A stretch of 64,000 nt of DNA from Rubripirellula sp. (GCA_965216875.1 OZ244207.1:2144001-2208000), one strand, 5' to 3'. Shown: positions 20,549-30,545, counted from the first letter of the stretch. Notes: generated by a model not told the origin, from the sequence alone. Numbers and translations are program-made.

Positions 20549-20576
20549 ATTGTACCACACGCTAAACACGCGTCCA
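20549..20576 (-). promoter_or_regulatory. Putative lexA promoter with overlapping candidate SOS box
   Basis: Minus strand TGGACG-16 nt-TACAAT with TGn extension; imperfect palindrome TAAAC-N4-GTCCA at 20563-20576. Confidence 0.45.
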
Positions 20577-20637
20577 CACAATTCCCCCGAATCCTGGGGC
20601 CCGGGCCAAGAATCCTAGGCCGGGGCCAAAGCACACC

Positions 20638-21447
20638 CTACGCCAAGTCCAAAGCGAAAAGCACGATCACGGCCAAACCGGCCGGGATGCACCACCATGC
20701 GAACCAGTGCAAACGGTCAAGTCGGCTCCATTTTTTGAGCCACACGAGGGCGAAAATCCCGACAAAGAACGAGACAAACGCACCAATTGCGAGTTCCGTC
20801 GACGAGTAGGCCATCGGGGTTCCCGCCGCTCTTGATTCGAGCAGGTCCTTGGCCTCGAGCACCGTGGCTCCGAGGATCGCGGGGATCGCCAACAGAAACG
20901 AAAAGGTGACGGAATCTTCGTTTTTTAGACCGAGCAGCCGTCCGCCAAGAATCGTCGAACCACTTCGGCTGACGCCCGGCAAGATCGCGAAAGCCTGGAA
21001 GCAGCCAATCGCAAAGGCCGACGAGAGCGACAGACTCTGGTAGCTTCCCTCCCGTTTGGTCAGTCGTCCCAACACGATCAACATCCCGCCGGTGACGATC
21101 AGCATCGCGCCGGCAAGAATCGGCTCGCGCAAGATCCACTCGAACTGAGTCTTGATCGTCAGTCCTAAAATGACCGCAGGGATCGTTCCGACCACGATCG
21201 CCGGAATCACACGGCGGTCGCTCTTGAGCAGATCGAGAATCTGGCGCCAGTAGATCAACAGGATCGAGCCGAGCGTGCCCGCATGAAGAATGATCTCCAG
21301 CGTCGGCGATTCACTCAGCTCGCCCATCAAGGCCCCAAGGATCACCAGGTGCCCGGACGAACTGACCGGCAGGAACTCAGCAATCCCCTGGACGATAGCG
21401 AGAATCACAACGTCAAGCACTGTGGGGACCGTTTCAAGCGAGACCAT
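20638..21447 (-). CDS. uppP: Undecaprenyl-diphosphate phosphatase (BacA)
   Basis: VQGIAEFLPVSSSGHL and AILPGVSRSGST motifs; FSFLLAIPAI; multi-TM. Confidence 0.95.
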   Translation of the reverse strand: MVSLETVPTVLDVVILAIVQGIAEFLPVSSSGHLVILGALMGELSESPTLEIILHAGTLGSILLIYWRQILDLLKSDRRVIPAIVVGTIPAVILGLTIKTQFEWILREPILAGAMLIVTGGMLIVLGRLTKREGSYQSLSLSSAFAIGCFQAFAILPGVSRSGSTILGGRLLGLKNEDSVTFSFLLAIPAILGATVLEAKDLLESRAAGTPMAYSSTELAIGAFVSFFVGIFALVWLKKWSRLDRLHWFAWWCIPAGLAVIVLFALDLA

Positions 21448-21611
21448 TTACTGGGAAAGCAACATTGCCGGAGCGTCATTGTTGCGAGTGTTCTGGCAAT
21501 CGTCAGGACGCCACACCAAATTTCGTTGGCGTCTGGCACATGCGCATTGGCAATGTATCCTTGGCGTGGATTGGCCATCTTTCCCCCAACACTAGCTTCA
21601 CTTGAAATCGG

Positions 21612-22646
21612 ATGAGACCCTCGATGGAGTCATCAGAGACCAGTGCGGAAAACGCAGCGTCGAATGAAGGCGTCGATTCGAATATGTCGGTTGCGCCGGT
21701 CCGCACAGCCAATCTCGCGGGCGACCTGACCAACGTGATCCGTGGCTTCTGTATGGGAGCAGCGGATACGGTGCCGGGAGTCAGTGGTGGCACCATCGCA
21801 TTGATTTTGGGCCACTACCAACGGCTCGTCACCGCGATCAGCAAGGTCGACAAACGACTCTTCCAACTCGCATCATCGCGTCAGTTTTCTGAGGCCGCGA
21901 ACCATATCGACCTCCGTTTTCTGATCGCGCTGGGGATCGGCGTGGTAACGGGAATCGTGACCCTTGCCGGGTTGATGCACGAGCTGCTCGATCACCACAC
22001 GTTCAAAACATTTGCCGTCTTCTTCGGCTTGATCCTGGCTAGCGTTTGGATTGTCAAAGGCTACATCAAGCAGTGGACCATCGGTCGCGGTGTCGCTTGC
22101 GTGATCGGCATCATCGCCGCCGCCGCCATCTCCTTCTTGCCGACCGCATCCGAATCACTCTCGCTGCCCTATCTGTTCTTTGCCGCTTCCATCGCCATTT
22201 GCGCGATGATCTTGCCGGGGATCTCGGGCGCCTTTGTGTTGCTTCTTTTCGGGATCTACCATCCGATCACCGGTCTGATCAAGAACGCCGTCAAAGGGGA
22301 GATCACGGCCGAAGGACTCATTCAAATCGTCACCTTTGCCTCCGGCTGCTTGTTTGGCCTGCTCGCTTTCTCGCGGCTGCTGCGTTGGCTGCTCGAGCAC
22401 TACAAAGACACCACGATGGCGTTGCTGATGGGTTTGATGATCGGCAGTATCGCGAAACTCTGGCCACTGCAATCAGCGACATCGGATACGGCGGGACTCG
22501 AATTCAAGTTACGCGAATTCCAATACGTCTCGCCCGCCCATTTCGATGGCAGCGTCTTGCTGCTGGTCGCACTGACCGTCGCCTCCGCAGCGATCGTGTT
22601 GATCGCCGAATGGATCGCCTCGCGAGGGGCAAGTGAGGAAGGCTAG
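21612..22646 (+). CDS. DUF368 family membrane protein (putative undecaprenyl-phosphate translocase)
   Basis: GFCMGAADTVPGVSGGTIAL and AICAMILPGISGAFVLL duplicated re-entrant motifs. Confidence 0.9.
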   Translation: MRPSMESSETSAENAASNEGVDSNMSVAPVRTANLAGDLTNVIRGFCMGAADTVPGVSGGTIALILGHYQRLVTAISKVDKRLFQLASSRQFSEAANHIDLRFLIALGIGVVTGIVTLAGLMHELLDHHTFKTFAVFFGLILASVWIVKGYIKQWTIGRGVACVIGIIAAAAISFLPTASESLSLPYLFFAASIAICAMILPGISGAFVLLLFGIYHPITGLIKNAVKGEITAEGLIQIVTFASGCLFGLLAFSRLLRWLLEHYKDTTMALLMGLMIGSIAKLWPLQSATSDTAGLEFKLREFQYVSPAHFDGSVLLLVALTVASAAIVLIAEWIASRGASEEG

Positions 22647-22675
22647 ATAGCCAATCGGAATTCATACAGTTCAAC

Positions 22676-22848
22676 ACCCTCCCTCCGGGAGGGTCGCGAG
22701 GAACGAGCGGGGAGGGGCATCAGCATCGAAACGAAATCTCCCCTCTTCGTAGGTCATGCTCCGCGTGACGGGCGTGTCCATGACAAGCCAACGGAGTGTA
22801 AGGCCCGACGCTAGCCCGTTCGGCTCACGAGTTGGCGAGCGTAGTTAC
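22676..22848. repeat. Mosaic cluster of REP-like elements between convergent genes
   Basis: accctccctccgggagggtcg...gcggggaggg (family D, also at 40252), a family C half-site and a family A half-site. Confidence 0.65.
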
Positions 22849-22855
22849 GAAAGGA

Positions 22856-24190
22856 TCAACGCCCTGAAAAGGCTCGTTTCAATTCGTCGAGACTGGACAA
22901 GCCTCGGGCCACGGTCAGGACCGCTTCGGCCTGAATGCCTCGATGCCCCTCGCTCTTGGCAATTCGTGCCAGTGATCCCAAGTCTTGCGTTTGCGCCAGT
23001 GCGGCGCGCAGCTGATCGCCGGGGGTCAACAATTCAAAGACCGCGATGCGCCCAAAGTAGCCGCGGCCGCCACAGATGTGGCAAGGAATGATCGGCGCGG
23101 GACGTCCGTTTTCATCCACCTGCTGTTCGATCGGTGGCGGAATAAACGGTTGGTACAGCATCGCGACGCGTCCGGCAGGAATGCCGAGTTGGCGCAACAA
23201 CTGCGGTGGTGGCTCGTAACCCAGTTTGCAGTTATCGCAAAGTCGGCGAACCATTCGTTGACTCAAGACCGCGCCGACCTTCTGGATGATTTGCGCCGCG
23301 CAACTTGGGTACTGGGCAATCAATTGAACCAGTGCTTCCATCGCACTATTGGCAACCGAACGCATGTAGATCTGTTTCTGCGTCTTCTCGACGTTTTCGA
23401 CTGCGAGGTTCATCGTTTCCGCATCAGGAAACTCAGGGAACACCATCACGTCAGGCTCCTTGAGCAATGCCTTGCTCAAGACTTCGACTTGCGTCATGCC
23501 GGTATCGCCGCCAAAGAAGACGGGGTTGATGTTGATGATTTCCGTTTCGGGGTTGGCCTGATTTTCGAACGACTGAAAATCGCGAACCAAACGGTCGGCT
23601 GCATTGACGGCGACCGTCCACGTGGTGCTAAGGCCCTCGCCCTTGGGTGCGGTGATCAGAACGATGTTGCCGGCGCTATCAAGCTGCTGCTTGAACGTCT
23701 CGTACATCTTGTCGCGCATTCCAAGGTCTGCCATTTTCTCAAACGGCAGCTTCTTGTTTTCGATTTTTCCGAGGACCCGTTCGCCAGTCGGAACACCCTG
23801 AGATTGAATGGTCAATTCAAACTTATCTTTGGCGATCTTTAGATCCATCTTCCCAGTCTGAGCACTCCGGCGATCAGCTGGGTTCATCAAGCAAAGCTGC
23901 TTGAGAGCGTAAAGCATCGCGTCGCCCGTTTCGCGATCGATCGGCGGAAGCTGTTCCCAGTTACCGTCGATCTGGTACCGAATGGCGCAGGCATTTTGTG
24001 AATAGTCGAGCAAGATGTGCGTGGCGCGCGATTGAATCGCGTGGGCCAATTGACCTCCGGCAACCTGGTAACCAAGCCCCTGTCGTGCGGCGATCAACAG
24101 CGACTGAGCTTCGTTGCGCTGCTCGATATGTGGGACAAACTCACAGGGGGCGATGGTTTGCCAAAGCTGTACTTCTTCTTGTTGAGCCAT
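22856..24190 (-). CDS. GspE/PilB-like secretion ATPase homologue with degenerate Walker motifs
   Basis: IRYQIDG, DRRSAQTG, GERV, SQRMVRRLCDNC, CHICGGRGYFGRIAVFEL; Walker A reads APKGEGLST. Confidence 0.85.
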   Translation of the reverse strand: MAQQEEVQLWQTIAPCEFVPHIEQRNEAQSLLIAARQGLGYQVAGGQLAHAIQSRATHILLDYSQNACAIRYQIDGNWEQLPPIDRETGDAMLYALKQLCLMNPADRRSAQTGKMDLKIAKDKFELTIQSQGVPTGERVLGKIENKKLPFEKMADLGMRDKMYETFKQQLDSAGNIVLITAPKGEGLSTTWTVAVNAADRLVRDFQSFENQANPETEIININPVFFGGDTGMTQVEVLSKALLKEPDVMVFPEFPDAETMNLAVENVEKTQKQIYMRSVANSAMEALVQLIAQYPSCAAQIIQKVGAVLSQRMVRRLCDNCKLGYEPPPQLLRQLGIPAGRVAMLYQPFIPPPIEQQVDENGRPAPIIPCHICGGRGYFGRIAVFELLTPGDQLRAALAQTQDLGSLARIAKSEGHRGIQAEAVLTVARGLSSLDELKRAFSGR

Positions 24191-24299
24191 TTGGGCGGGA
24201 AGGCCTTGTCGGTGATATGTCTAGATTGTGGAAGGGAAGTGATGACAGCAGGATTGCCGTGACTGGACTGAAGCGCCGTAACGGGGCCAGCCGCGGTGA

Positions 24300-25526
24300 C
24301 TAAAGAATACCGGGAGCTTTGACGTCGATTCCTTTGAGAGCCATTTTTAGGGCGTCTTTATTGGGAGCGACCGCAAATGCGGTCGGACGGTCGATCAATT
24401 CATCGTCGATCAGTCCCTTCAACGACATCGTAAAGTCTTGCATTCCCTCGTCTTCACCGATGCGAATCGCGTCAGGAAGCTTGTGGTCATCGCCCTCGAG
24501 TACCAGCTTTTGGATCATCGTGGTGAACATCATCACCTCGCAGGTGGGGACCCGCGAAACGCCCGGTTTGATACTCTTGAGCAACTTCTGGGCGATAATT
24601 CCCTTCATATTGAACGCGATCGCCGCACGAATTGCTCCATGCATTTCTTCGGGGAAGAGGTCGAGAATACGTCCGATCGTCGTCGAGGCACTCGACGCGT
24701 GGATCGTTCCGAAGACCAAGTGGCCCGTTTCCGCCGCGTGAATCGCCGTCATAAACGTCTCTTCATCACGAAGCTCACCGACCAGGATGATGTCGGGGTC
24801 TTCACGCACCGCATGCTTCATCCCGATCTCGAAATCCTTGACGTCCTGGCCGATTTCACGCTGGTTGATCAGGCACTTGTCTTGGGTATAGATGAACTCG
24901 ATCGGGTCTTCGAGCGTCAGGATGTGCTTGCGATAGATGCTGTTGATGTAGTTCAGCATCGATCCAATCGTCGTACTTTTACCTGACCCGGTCACGCCGG
25001 CAAGCAGCACCATGCCCTGGTCGAAGTGGCAAAGACTCTCGATCGAGTCGGGCAGGAAAAGACCGCGAAAGTCGGGAATCCAGTTGTTCACACGACGTGC
25101 AACCAGGCCGATGCTGCCGAGTGCTTTGAGCATGTTGACGCGAAATCGCCACTCAGTCCCGTCGACATCACAGGTGTGCGAAAAGTCGGCGCCCCCTTCT
25201 TCTTCGAAAATGTTCAGATTCCGTTCGTCCATCATGGGAATCAACAACTCGACCATTTCTTCGTTCTCAATCGGCGGTCGATTGAGTGCCTTGAGGTCAC
25301 CGCCCACACGCACCATCGGCGGTTGGCCAACTTTAAGGTGCAAGTCGGAGCCTTCGAGTTTGACCAGCGCGCGAAAGAGCTTGTCGACCTCGAGTTCTTC
25401 CTTCTTGTGCAGCAGCTCTGCTTTGAGTCGCGCTTTGACCGCTTCGGGACTCTTGTCCATGTTGGATGGGACGGATGCCACGGTGTGTGGGTGGCCGTGA
25501 GCGATCTCGGCGGGCTTATGCGACAT
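24300..25526 (-). CDS. pilT: PilT/PilU type IV pilus retraction ATPase
   Basis: SDLHL, RFRVN, GVTGSGKSTT, TLEDPIE, REDPDIILVGELRD, AETGHLVFGTIH and GMQ motifs. Confidence 0.93.
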   Translation of the reverse strand: MSHKPAEIAHGHPHTVASVPSNMDKSPEAVKARLKAELLHKKEELEVDKLFRALVKLEGSDLHLKVGQPPMVRVGGDLKALNRPPIENEEMVELLIPMMDERNLNIFEEEGGADFSHTCDVDGTEWRFRVNMLKALGSIGLVARRVNNWIPDFRGLFLPDSIESLCHFDQGMVLLAGVTGSGKSTTIGSMLNYINSIYRKHILTLEDPIEFIYTQDKCLINQREIGQDVKDFEIGMKHAVREDPDIILVGELRDEETFMTAIHAAETGHLVFGTIHASSASTTIGRILDLFPEEMHGAIRAAIAFNMKGIIAQKLLKSIKPGVSRVPTCEVMMFTTMIQKLVLEGDDHKLPDAIRIGEDEGMQDFTMSLKGLIDDELIDRPTAFAVAPNKDALKMALKGIDVKAPGIL

Positions 25527-25881
25527 ATCGATTGCGAACTTGATTAAAGGCTGAAGAGTGAGTGTGCTCGTCCAAAACGGTCGTCAAATCTGACCACGAA
25601 ACGCGGTCTTTTCTTTACTACCCATTCGGATGCCCGGAGGCTGGATTGGTCGATTCGGCAGGTGGGAACGGCAATTCAGCCGAATTTCCGGAGCGGAGCC
25701 GGATCCCAGTCACCGAATCTCCCTGTAGGCGGGCGGTGGTTTCGAACACACATAAGACTCGATTTTAGGCGAACCGTCAGAAGACTCAATGTGCCGAATC
25801 GCTGGGGGACCGTTTTGTGGGAAGCGGAGGCGGATTTGACGATTAAAGCGGTCCTGCGGCAGCCCGAAACTGTCGGCGAAA

Positions 25882-27327
25882 CTACCAAGCGAGTGCCGAA
25901 TCGGTCAACTTGCCCTCGAGCCCGAGCAACGAAAGGAGCAAAAACCCGGTGCCATCGGCCGCGTCGCAGCGATCTTCCCCGGTGTGCCCCCGAAACATTC
26001 CCATCCGCTTCACGAAAAGTTCCTCCATCGCTCGTTCGGCGGCCATCCGAGCCAAGTCCTTCAAATCGTCTTGTTCGAACACGTCACCCGCGCGGTCAAG
26101 AAAATGAATGGCCCGTCCAAAGTCCTCGGCAAAGACAACCGCCTCGAAGTCTCCCGCGATCTGCTCGGCGATCATCTTGATCCACCGGTCGACCGCTGTC
26201 CGGTAAACCGGAGATTCGGTTTCGAGCCAAAGTGACAAACAGGTCTCGGCCATTGGCAACGGAAAGTGACCGCTGGGCCGCACGCCAGCATCGAACGGAT
26301 CGGCATGCATTGGAGGAACACCGCTGACGCTTTCCTCACGGGAATGCGGTTTTCCTGTTTCTGGCAACAATGCACCAAAGTAGGCGTCGGCGTCGGGATC
26401 GTACGCGCGCTCAAGCCAAGCACGCATCGCTTCATCAGCCATGTTCAAGAACTCAACTTGCTCCGTTCGCTCATACGCCCGCACGAGACTCCCCGACCAC
26501 AGCCCAATCGAGGTTGTCGCCAAATGTCTGCCGCCCAAAGACTCAGCAAGCAACCGTGTCTTTGCATCTCGCGTCCCAAACCGCTGCCGTGCTAGTTCGA
26601 GTGCGGATTTGACGAGCGCCGGTTCTACCGGATCACTCTGAACCGCCAGCCAGGTGAGTGAATCGATCACCACCGCATCGTGCGCGATCGAAACGTGATC
26701 AGTCGTTGCGCGGTCGAGCCGCCTGTTCGCCATGCCCATGATCGCACGACGCGTCTTTTCGTTGTCAACTTTCCAGAACGTTTCCCAAGCAGGCGTGTGC
26801 GGCTGAAGTCCCATCGCGTCGCGCTTCCAAACGAGCTCGTCTTCGGTGACGTCATAGCATCCACGATGCCCCCAACCGAACTCACCCGTCTTCTCGTCGA
26901 CACACCACTCGAGAAAGTCTCGAATGTACGCATCGGCGGCGTCTTCATAGCAGGCACACCCCGAACGCTGGGCAAGCTTGTAGGCTGCGACGATCGTCGC
27001 CTGGTCCCAGTAGAGGTTCGCGTTCCCTCCAGTTGGAGAATCATTGCGCCACCGCGCGTGTTTTGGAGACAACGGCTTTGGCAGTCCATTCGTGCGGACA
27101 TCAATTGCAGCCAACCACATTGGCGTCTCCTCGTCGCCCAATTGATCGGTCGAATGCTCGGTTAGGTAATCCATGTGTGACTCGATCGCTTGAAAAAACT
27201 TCGAAGCCTTCTGAGTCGTTGGTACCAGGATTGGTTCATCCCCCTCGGCCCGACCGCAGGCCACCGCCGCAACGCAGGCGACCACGGCAATGAAAACTGA
27301 GAGCGACAGGAGGGACCTGGAATACAT
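25882..27327 (-). CDS. Secreted alpha/alpha-barrel protein, pectate lyase family 2-like
   Basis: Signal peptide; NLYWDQ...YEDAADAY...GxFGWGH pattern reminiscent of PL2; function uncertain. Confidence 0.6.
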   Translation of the reverse strand: MYSRSLLSLSVFIAVVACVAAVACGRAEGDEPILVPTTQKASKFFQAIESHMDYLTEHSTDQLGDEETPMWLAAIDVRTNGLPKPLSPKHARWRNDSPTGGNANLYWDQATIVAAYKLAQRSGCACYEDAADAYIRDFLEWCVDEKTGEFGWGHRGCYDVTEDELVWKRDAMGLQPHTPAWETFWKVDNEKTRRAIMGMANRRLDRATTDHVSIAHDAVVIDSLTWLAVQSDPVEPALVKSALELARQRFGTRDAKTRLLAESLGGRHLATTSIGLWSGSLVRAYERTEQVEFLNMADEAMRAWLERAYDPDADAYFGALLPETGKPHSREESVSGVPPMHADPFDAGVRPSGHFPLPMAETCLSLWLETESPVYRTAVDRWIKMIAEQIAGDFEAVVFAEDFGRAIHFLDRAGDVFEQDDLKDLARMAAERAMEELFVKRMGMFRGHTGEDRCDAADGTGFLLLSLLGLEGKLTDSALAW

Positions 27328-27537
27328 GGCAAATTCGTTAGATTCGGAAAGGCGCTGACTTCATTTTCAACGCCATAGCGATCAATGTACCAGCTCCGAC
27401 GCGGACCATTTTTTGACGACCTGCTTGACGCCGCAGGCGACGGATCTGGATTTGTTAGCTGCTACAACCGTGCGAGCTATACTTTGATGCCGAAGCCCCT
27501 GGGGAAAGCGGATAGCGGAAACACCGACGACGACATC

Positions 27538-28734
27538 ATGGCCAAAACATCGAAAAAGTCACGCTCGACCAAAGCGAATAAGTCCAGCAAGACTTCCAAG
27601 TCCTCCCGTTCGCAAAAACGAAATTCCAAGTCGACGCGGAGAGTTGCCGAAGGTGACGTGACTGGCGAAAAGACAGGGCACGAGGTCGAAAAGGTCAAAG
27701 TCAAGGAGGCCGTTTCGGCGGCGCAGCACTCAAAGATCGAAGCAGTGCGCGACATCGTCGACAAAACACCTCCGCACGACATCCACACGCTCGCCAAGAC
27801 GCTCGAAGCCATCATCGACGGCGCTTCCCCCGACGATGCGACGATCCTTCGCAACGCGCTTCTCAAGAAAGCGTCCCCGCCGGGCGTCCCGCGCTCGCCG
27901 ATTGCGGACGAGCAACTCTCGGCGGAATGGCGTGATGGCGGCTACCCCTACCGCAACTTGATGTCGCGCAAGAACTACGAAAAGCAAAAGTACCGCCTCC
28001 AGGTAGAACTTCTCAAACTGCAAGCCTGGGTCAAGAAGAACGAACAGAAGCTGGTGATCGTTTTCGAAGGTCGTGACGCCGCAGGGAAGGGGGGCACGAT
28101 CAAACGGTTCATGGAACACCTGAATCCTCGTGGTGCTCGCGTTGTCGCCCTTGAAAAACCAACCGAGACGGAAAAGGGCCAGTGGTACTTCCAACGCTAC
28201 GTCCAGCATTTGCCCACCTCGGGCGAGATCGTTTTGTTTGACCGCAGTTGGTACAACCGCGCCGGTGTGGAACGCGTGATGGACTTTTGCACGCCCGACG
28301 AATACGCCGAGTTCATGCGTCAGGCTCCCGAGTTTGAACGCAATCTCGTCCGCAGCGGAACGCACCTGGTCAAGTTCTGGTTCTCAGTCAGCCGCAAAGA
28401 ACAGCGACGTCGATTCAAAGAACGCGAGATCCACCCGCTCAAACAATGGAAGCTGTCGCCAATCGACAAAGCGTCACTCGATAAGTGGAGTGACTACACG
28501 CGTGCAAAAGAAGCGATGTTCTTCTATACCGACACCGCCGATTCGCCATGGACGGTCGTGAAGTCCGATTGCAAGAAACGCGCCCGGCTCAATGCCATGC
28601 GATACGTCCTGCACGCGATGCCCTACAGCGGCAAAGATATCGAATCGATCGGCCCGGTCGACCCGCTGCTCGTGGGGCGAGCCCATGTCGTCTACGAACG
28701 CACTGAAAACGGACGTGTCGGCGAATTGCTCTGA
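27538..28734 (+). CDS. ppk2: Polyphosphate kinase 2
   Basis: FEGRDAAGKGG, WYFQRY, FDRSWYNRAGVE and WKLSP motifs; Lys/Ser-rich N-terminal extension. Confidence 0.95.
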   Translation: MAKTSKKSRSTKANKSSKTSKSSRSQKRNSKSTRRVAEGDVTGEKTGHEVEKVKVKEAVSAAQHSKIEAVRDIVDKTPPHDIHTLAKTLEAIIDGASPDDATILRNALLKKASPPGVPRSPIADEQLSAEWRDGGYPYRNLMSRKNYEKQKYRLQVELLKLQAWVKKNEQKLVIVFEGRDAAGKGGTIKRFMEHLNPRGARVVALEKPTETEKGQWYFQRYVQHLPTSGEIVLFDRSWYNRAGVERVMDFCTPDEYAEFMRQAPEFERNLVRSGTHLVKFWFSVSRKEQRRRFKEREIHPLKQWKLSPIDKASLDKWSDYTRAKEAMFFYTDTADSPWTVVKSDCKKRARLNAMRYVLHAMPYSGKDIESIGPVDPLLVGRAHVVYERTENGRVGELL

Positions 28735-28743
28735 GTCGACGAC

Positions 28744-28977
28744 CTAGTCCTCGCTCGTTTCTTTGGCTGCCGCCGCTTTGGCGATCAAGTTGTTCGATCC
28801 AATCAGCAGTCCGACCATCAACATCGGCATAATGATTGGCCAGGGGAACTTGACCGGGCCCGATGCGAACGCGGCAAATCCAAGATGAAACAGGGGCGCG
28901 AGAATCATCGCTGCCAACCACAGGATGGTGTTTTGCTTGATGAGTGCCTTTGCGATCGATTCGTGGTCATTGGTCAT
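28744..28977 (-). CDS. Small 2-TM membrane protein
   Basis: MTNDHESIAKALIKQNTILW...; two hydrophobic segments. Confidence 0.6.
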   Translation of the reverse strand: MTNDHESIAKALIKQNTILWLAAMILAPLFHLGFAAFASGPVKFPWPIIMPMLMVGLLIGSNNLIAKAAAAKETSED

Positions 28978-29145
28978 TTCAAACACTCTCAAGTTTGCCG
29001 AGCCAAAAAGGCACGTGCTTGCCGCACGCGTCAATAGCGTCTGAGTATAGCCAACCGCATGCGGCGACAGAACGTTTGATGTCTCGTACCCTGCGTTCAG
29101 GCCGCTATTCCATCCAAGCAACTTCTTATGAAACTCATGAAGTGG

Positions 29146-29240
29146 CCGTGAGCCGCTGGCCGTAAGGCCTCGGACCTTGCCTCACGCGCATTGGTTAGGC
29201 CACTTGAACGCCCCGGCCGTGCACACGGTCTCAGCTCAGT
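29146..29240. repeat. REP-like element (family C)
   Basis: ccgtgagccgctggccgtaaggcctcgg matches the start of the element at 40082 almost exactly. Confidence 0.75.
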
Positions 29241-30135
29241 TGTCACGAACGCGTGTGCCGATCACTCGGTTCACGTATCCGATGATCTCTTTTTCATACT
29301 TTTGTTGATCAAACGCAAGTAGATCGACGTGTGCAGCACCACCGAACAACACGAGCTTTTTGGGCCGGCGCGCAGCATCAAACATTCGACGCGTCTCGTC
29401 GGCAGTTGTATGTTCATCTCGCTCGCCCGAAGCGATCAAGATGGGGCATTGGAGTTCTTCGAGTCCGACGATGGGCCGAAGTTGTTCCTGCGTTACATTT
29501 AGCCGGGGTTTCAATTGCACAAGCAAACAAGGCGTGAGCACGTGATGAAGCGCGCCTAAACGCATCCGAATCCGATTGTGGACCGCCTCAGTGACTGTTG
29601 GATAGACTGATTCCAACACGATCACATCAACGTCAGGATTCGCAAACACGGTCGCTGCGCCGCCGAGAGAACGCCCGATGATGACAATCTTCTGAGTCGC
29701 ATCGATTCCACGAATGAAATCCACAGCGGCACGTACGTCATGCTTTTCGAGGTGCCCCAAAGTGATGTTCTCGCCAATCGACTCGCCATGGGCTTGAAGA
29801 TCAATTAGCAGCGTCGAGTAGCCGCGTTGTCTCAGCAGTTTAGCGCGGGAAAGCATCGAACGCCGGTCACCACGAATTGGGTGCAGCAAGATCGCCGTGG
29901 CGTTCGAGTTCGGAACTTGCAGGTGCCAGCCGGCCAGCGTCGAACCTGAATCAGAACGGATTTGCACAGACGCAGCAGGAAAGTCAGCAGGTGGACTACC
30001 TACGGATCTGTTAGCCGATGCGATTAACGCGCCGCCGACCAACCAAGTGCCCAGCCCCATCACGACGACAGAAACAGTCGCGATGATGATGCACCACTTT
30101 CGACGGCGCACCGTCAAGAATTCCCTGTTGGTCAT
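29236..30135 (-). CDS. Alpha/beta hydrolase with N-terminal membrane anchor
   Basis: DLQAHGES, GRSLG nucleophile, GERD and GAAH triad motifs. Confidence 0.9.
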   Translation of the reverse strand: MTNREFLTVRRRKWCIIIATVSVVVMGLGTWLVGGALIASANRSVGSPPADFPAASVQIRSDSGSTLAGWHLQVPNSNATAILLHPIRGDRRSMLSRAKLLRQRGYSTLLIDLQAHGESIGENITLGHLEKHDVRAAVDFIRGIDATQKIVIIGRSLGGAATVFANPDVDVIVLESVYPTVTEAVHNRIRMRLGALHHVLTPCLLVQLKPRLNVTQEQLRPIVGLEELQCPILIASGERDEHTTADETRRMFDAARRPKKLVLFGGAAHVDLLAFDQQKYEKEIIGYVNRVIGTRVRDN

Positions 30136-30171
30136 TGATCAGTCCGAAATCGAAACTGTCGAGTTGCGGCA

Positions 30172-30384
30172 TCATCGGCTCTCATCGTCGGCTGTCGATT
30201 GCGGAGAAGAGCTGGTATCGCTTGGCAAAGAAACCGAGTCGGCCATTTGGGCGTAGTCGCCTCGAAGCCAACGAGCAAGGATGATGAAAGGGCCGAAAAC
30301 CCACACGAGCAAGAAGAGCAGGAAGGAAACCAGGTTGGCAATGGCCTCAAAGAGGATTAGCGGCAGCAAAATGAGGTCGAGCAT
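30172..30384 (-). CDS. Small membrane protein
   Basis: ATG start, long hydrophobic N-terminal stretch, polar tail. Confidence 0.45.
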   Translation of the reverse strand: MLDLILLPLILFEAIANLVSFLLFLLVWVFGPFIILARWLRGDYAQMADSVSLPSDTSSSPQSTADDESR

Positions 30385-30510
30385 TGGCTACTCACGCAAT
30401 TCGCGGTGTCTGACCTTCCCGATCGGGCAGTCTACTCCTCTGTTGTAGCCGAATTCTCTGGCTGGCGTCCAAGGATTTTCAACCGTTTGTCGTACTGCTG
30501 ACTGGGTAGA

Positions 30511-30537
30511 CGCTACTTTCGCGGAGCGAAAGGCGAC
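30511..30537. repeat. Short palindromic REP-like element (family E)
   Basis: cgctactttcgcggagcgaaaggcgac hairpin; fragments also near 31497-31567. Confidence 0.5.
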
Positions 30538-30545
30538 ATTGGTGG

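Noticed and set aside
20589..20629. Two-copy ~21-bp direct repeat between uppP and the lexA promoter
   Set aside because: Only two imperfect copies with no further support; probably a local duplication.
25530..25880. c-di-GMP or other riboswitch upstream of pilT
   Set aside because: No recognisable GEMM or other aptamer consensus seen by eye.
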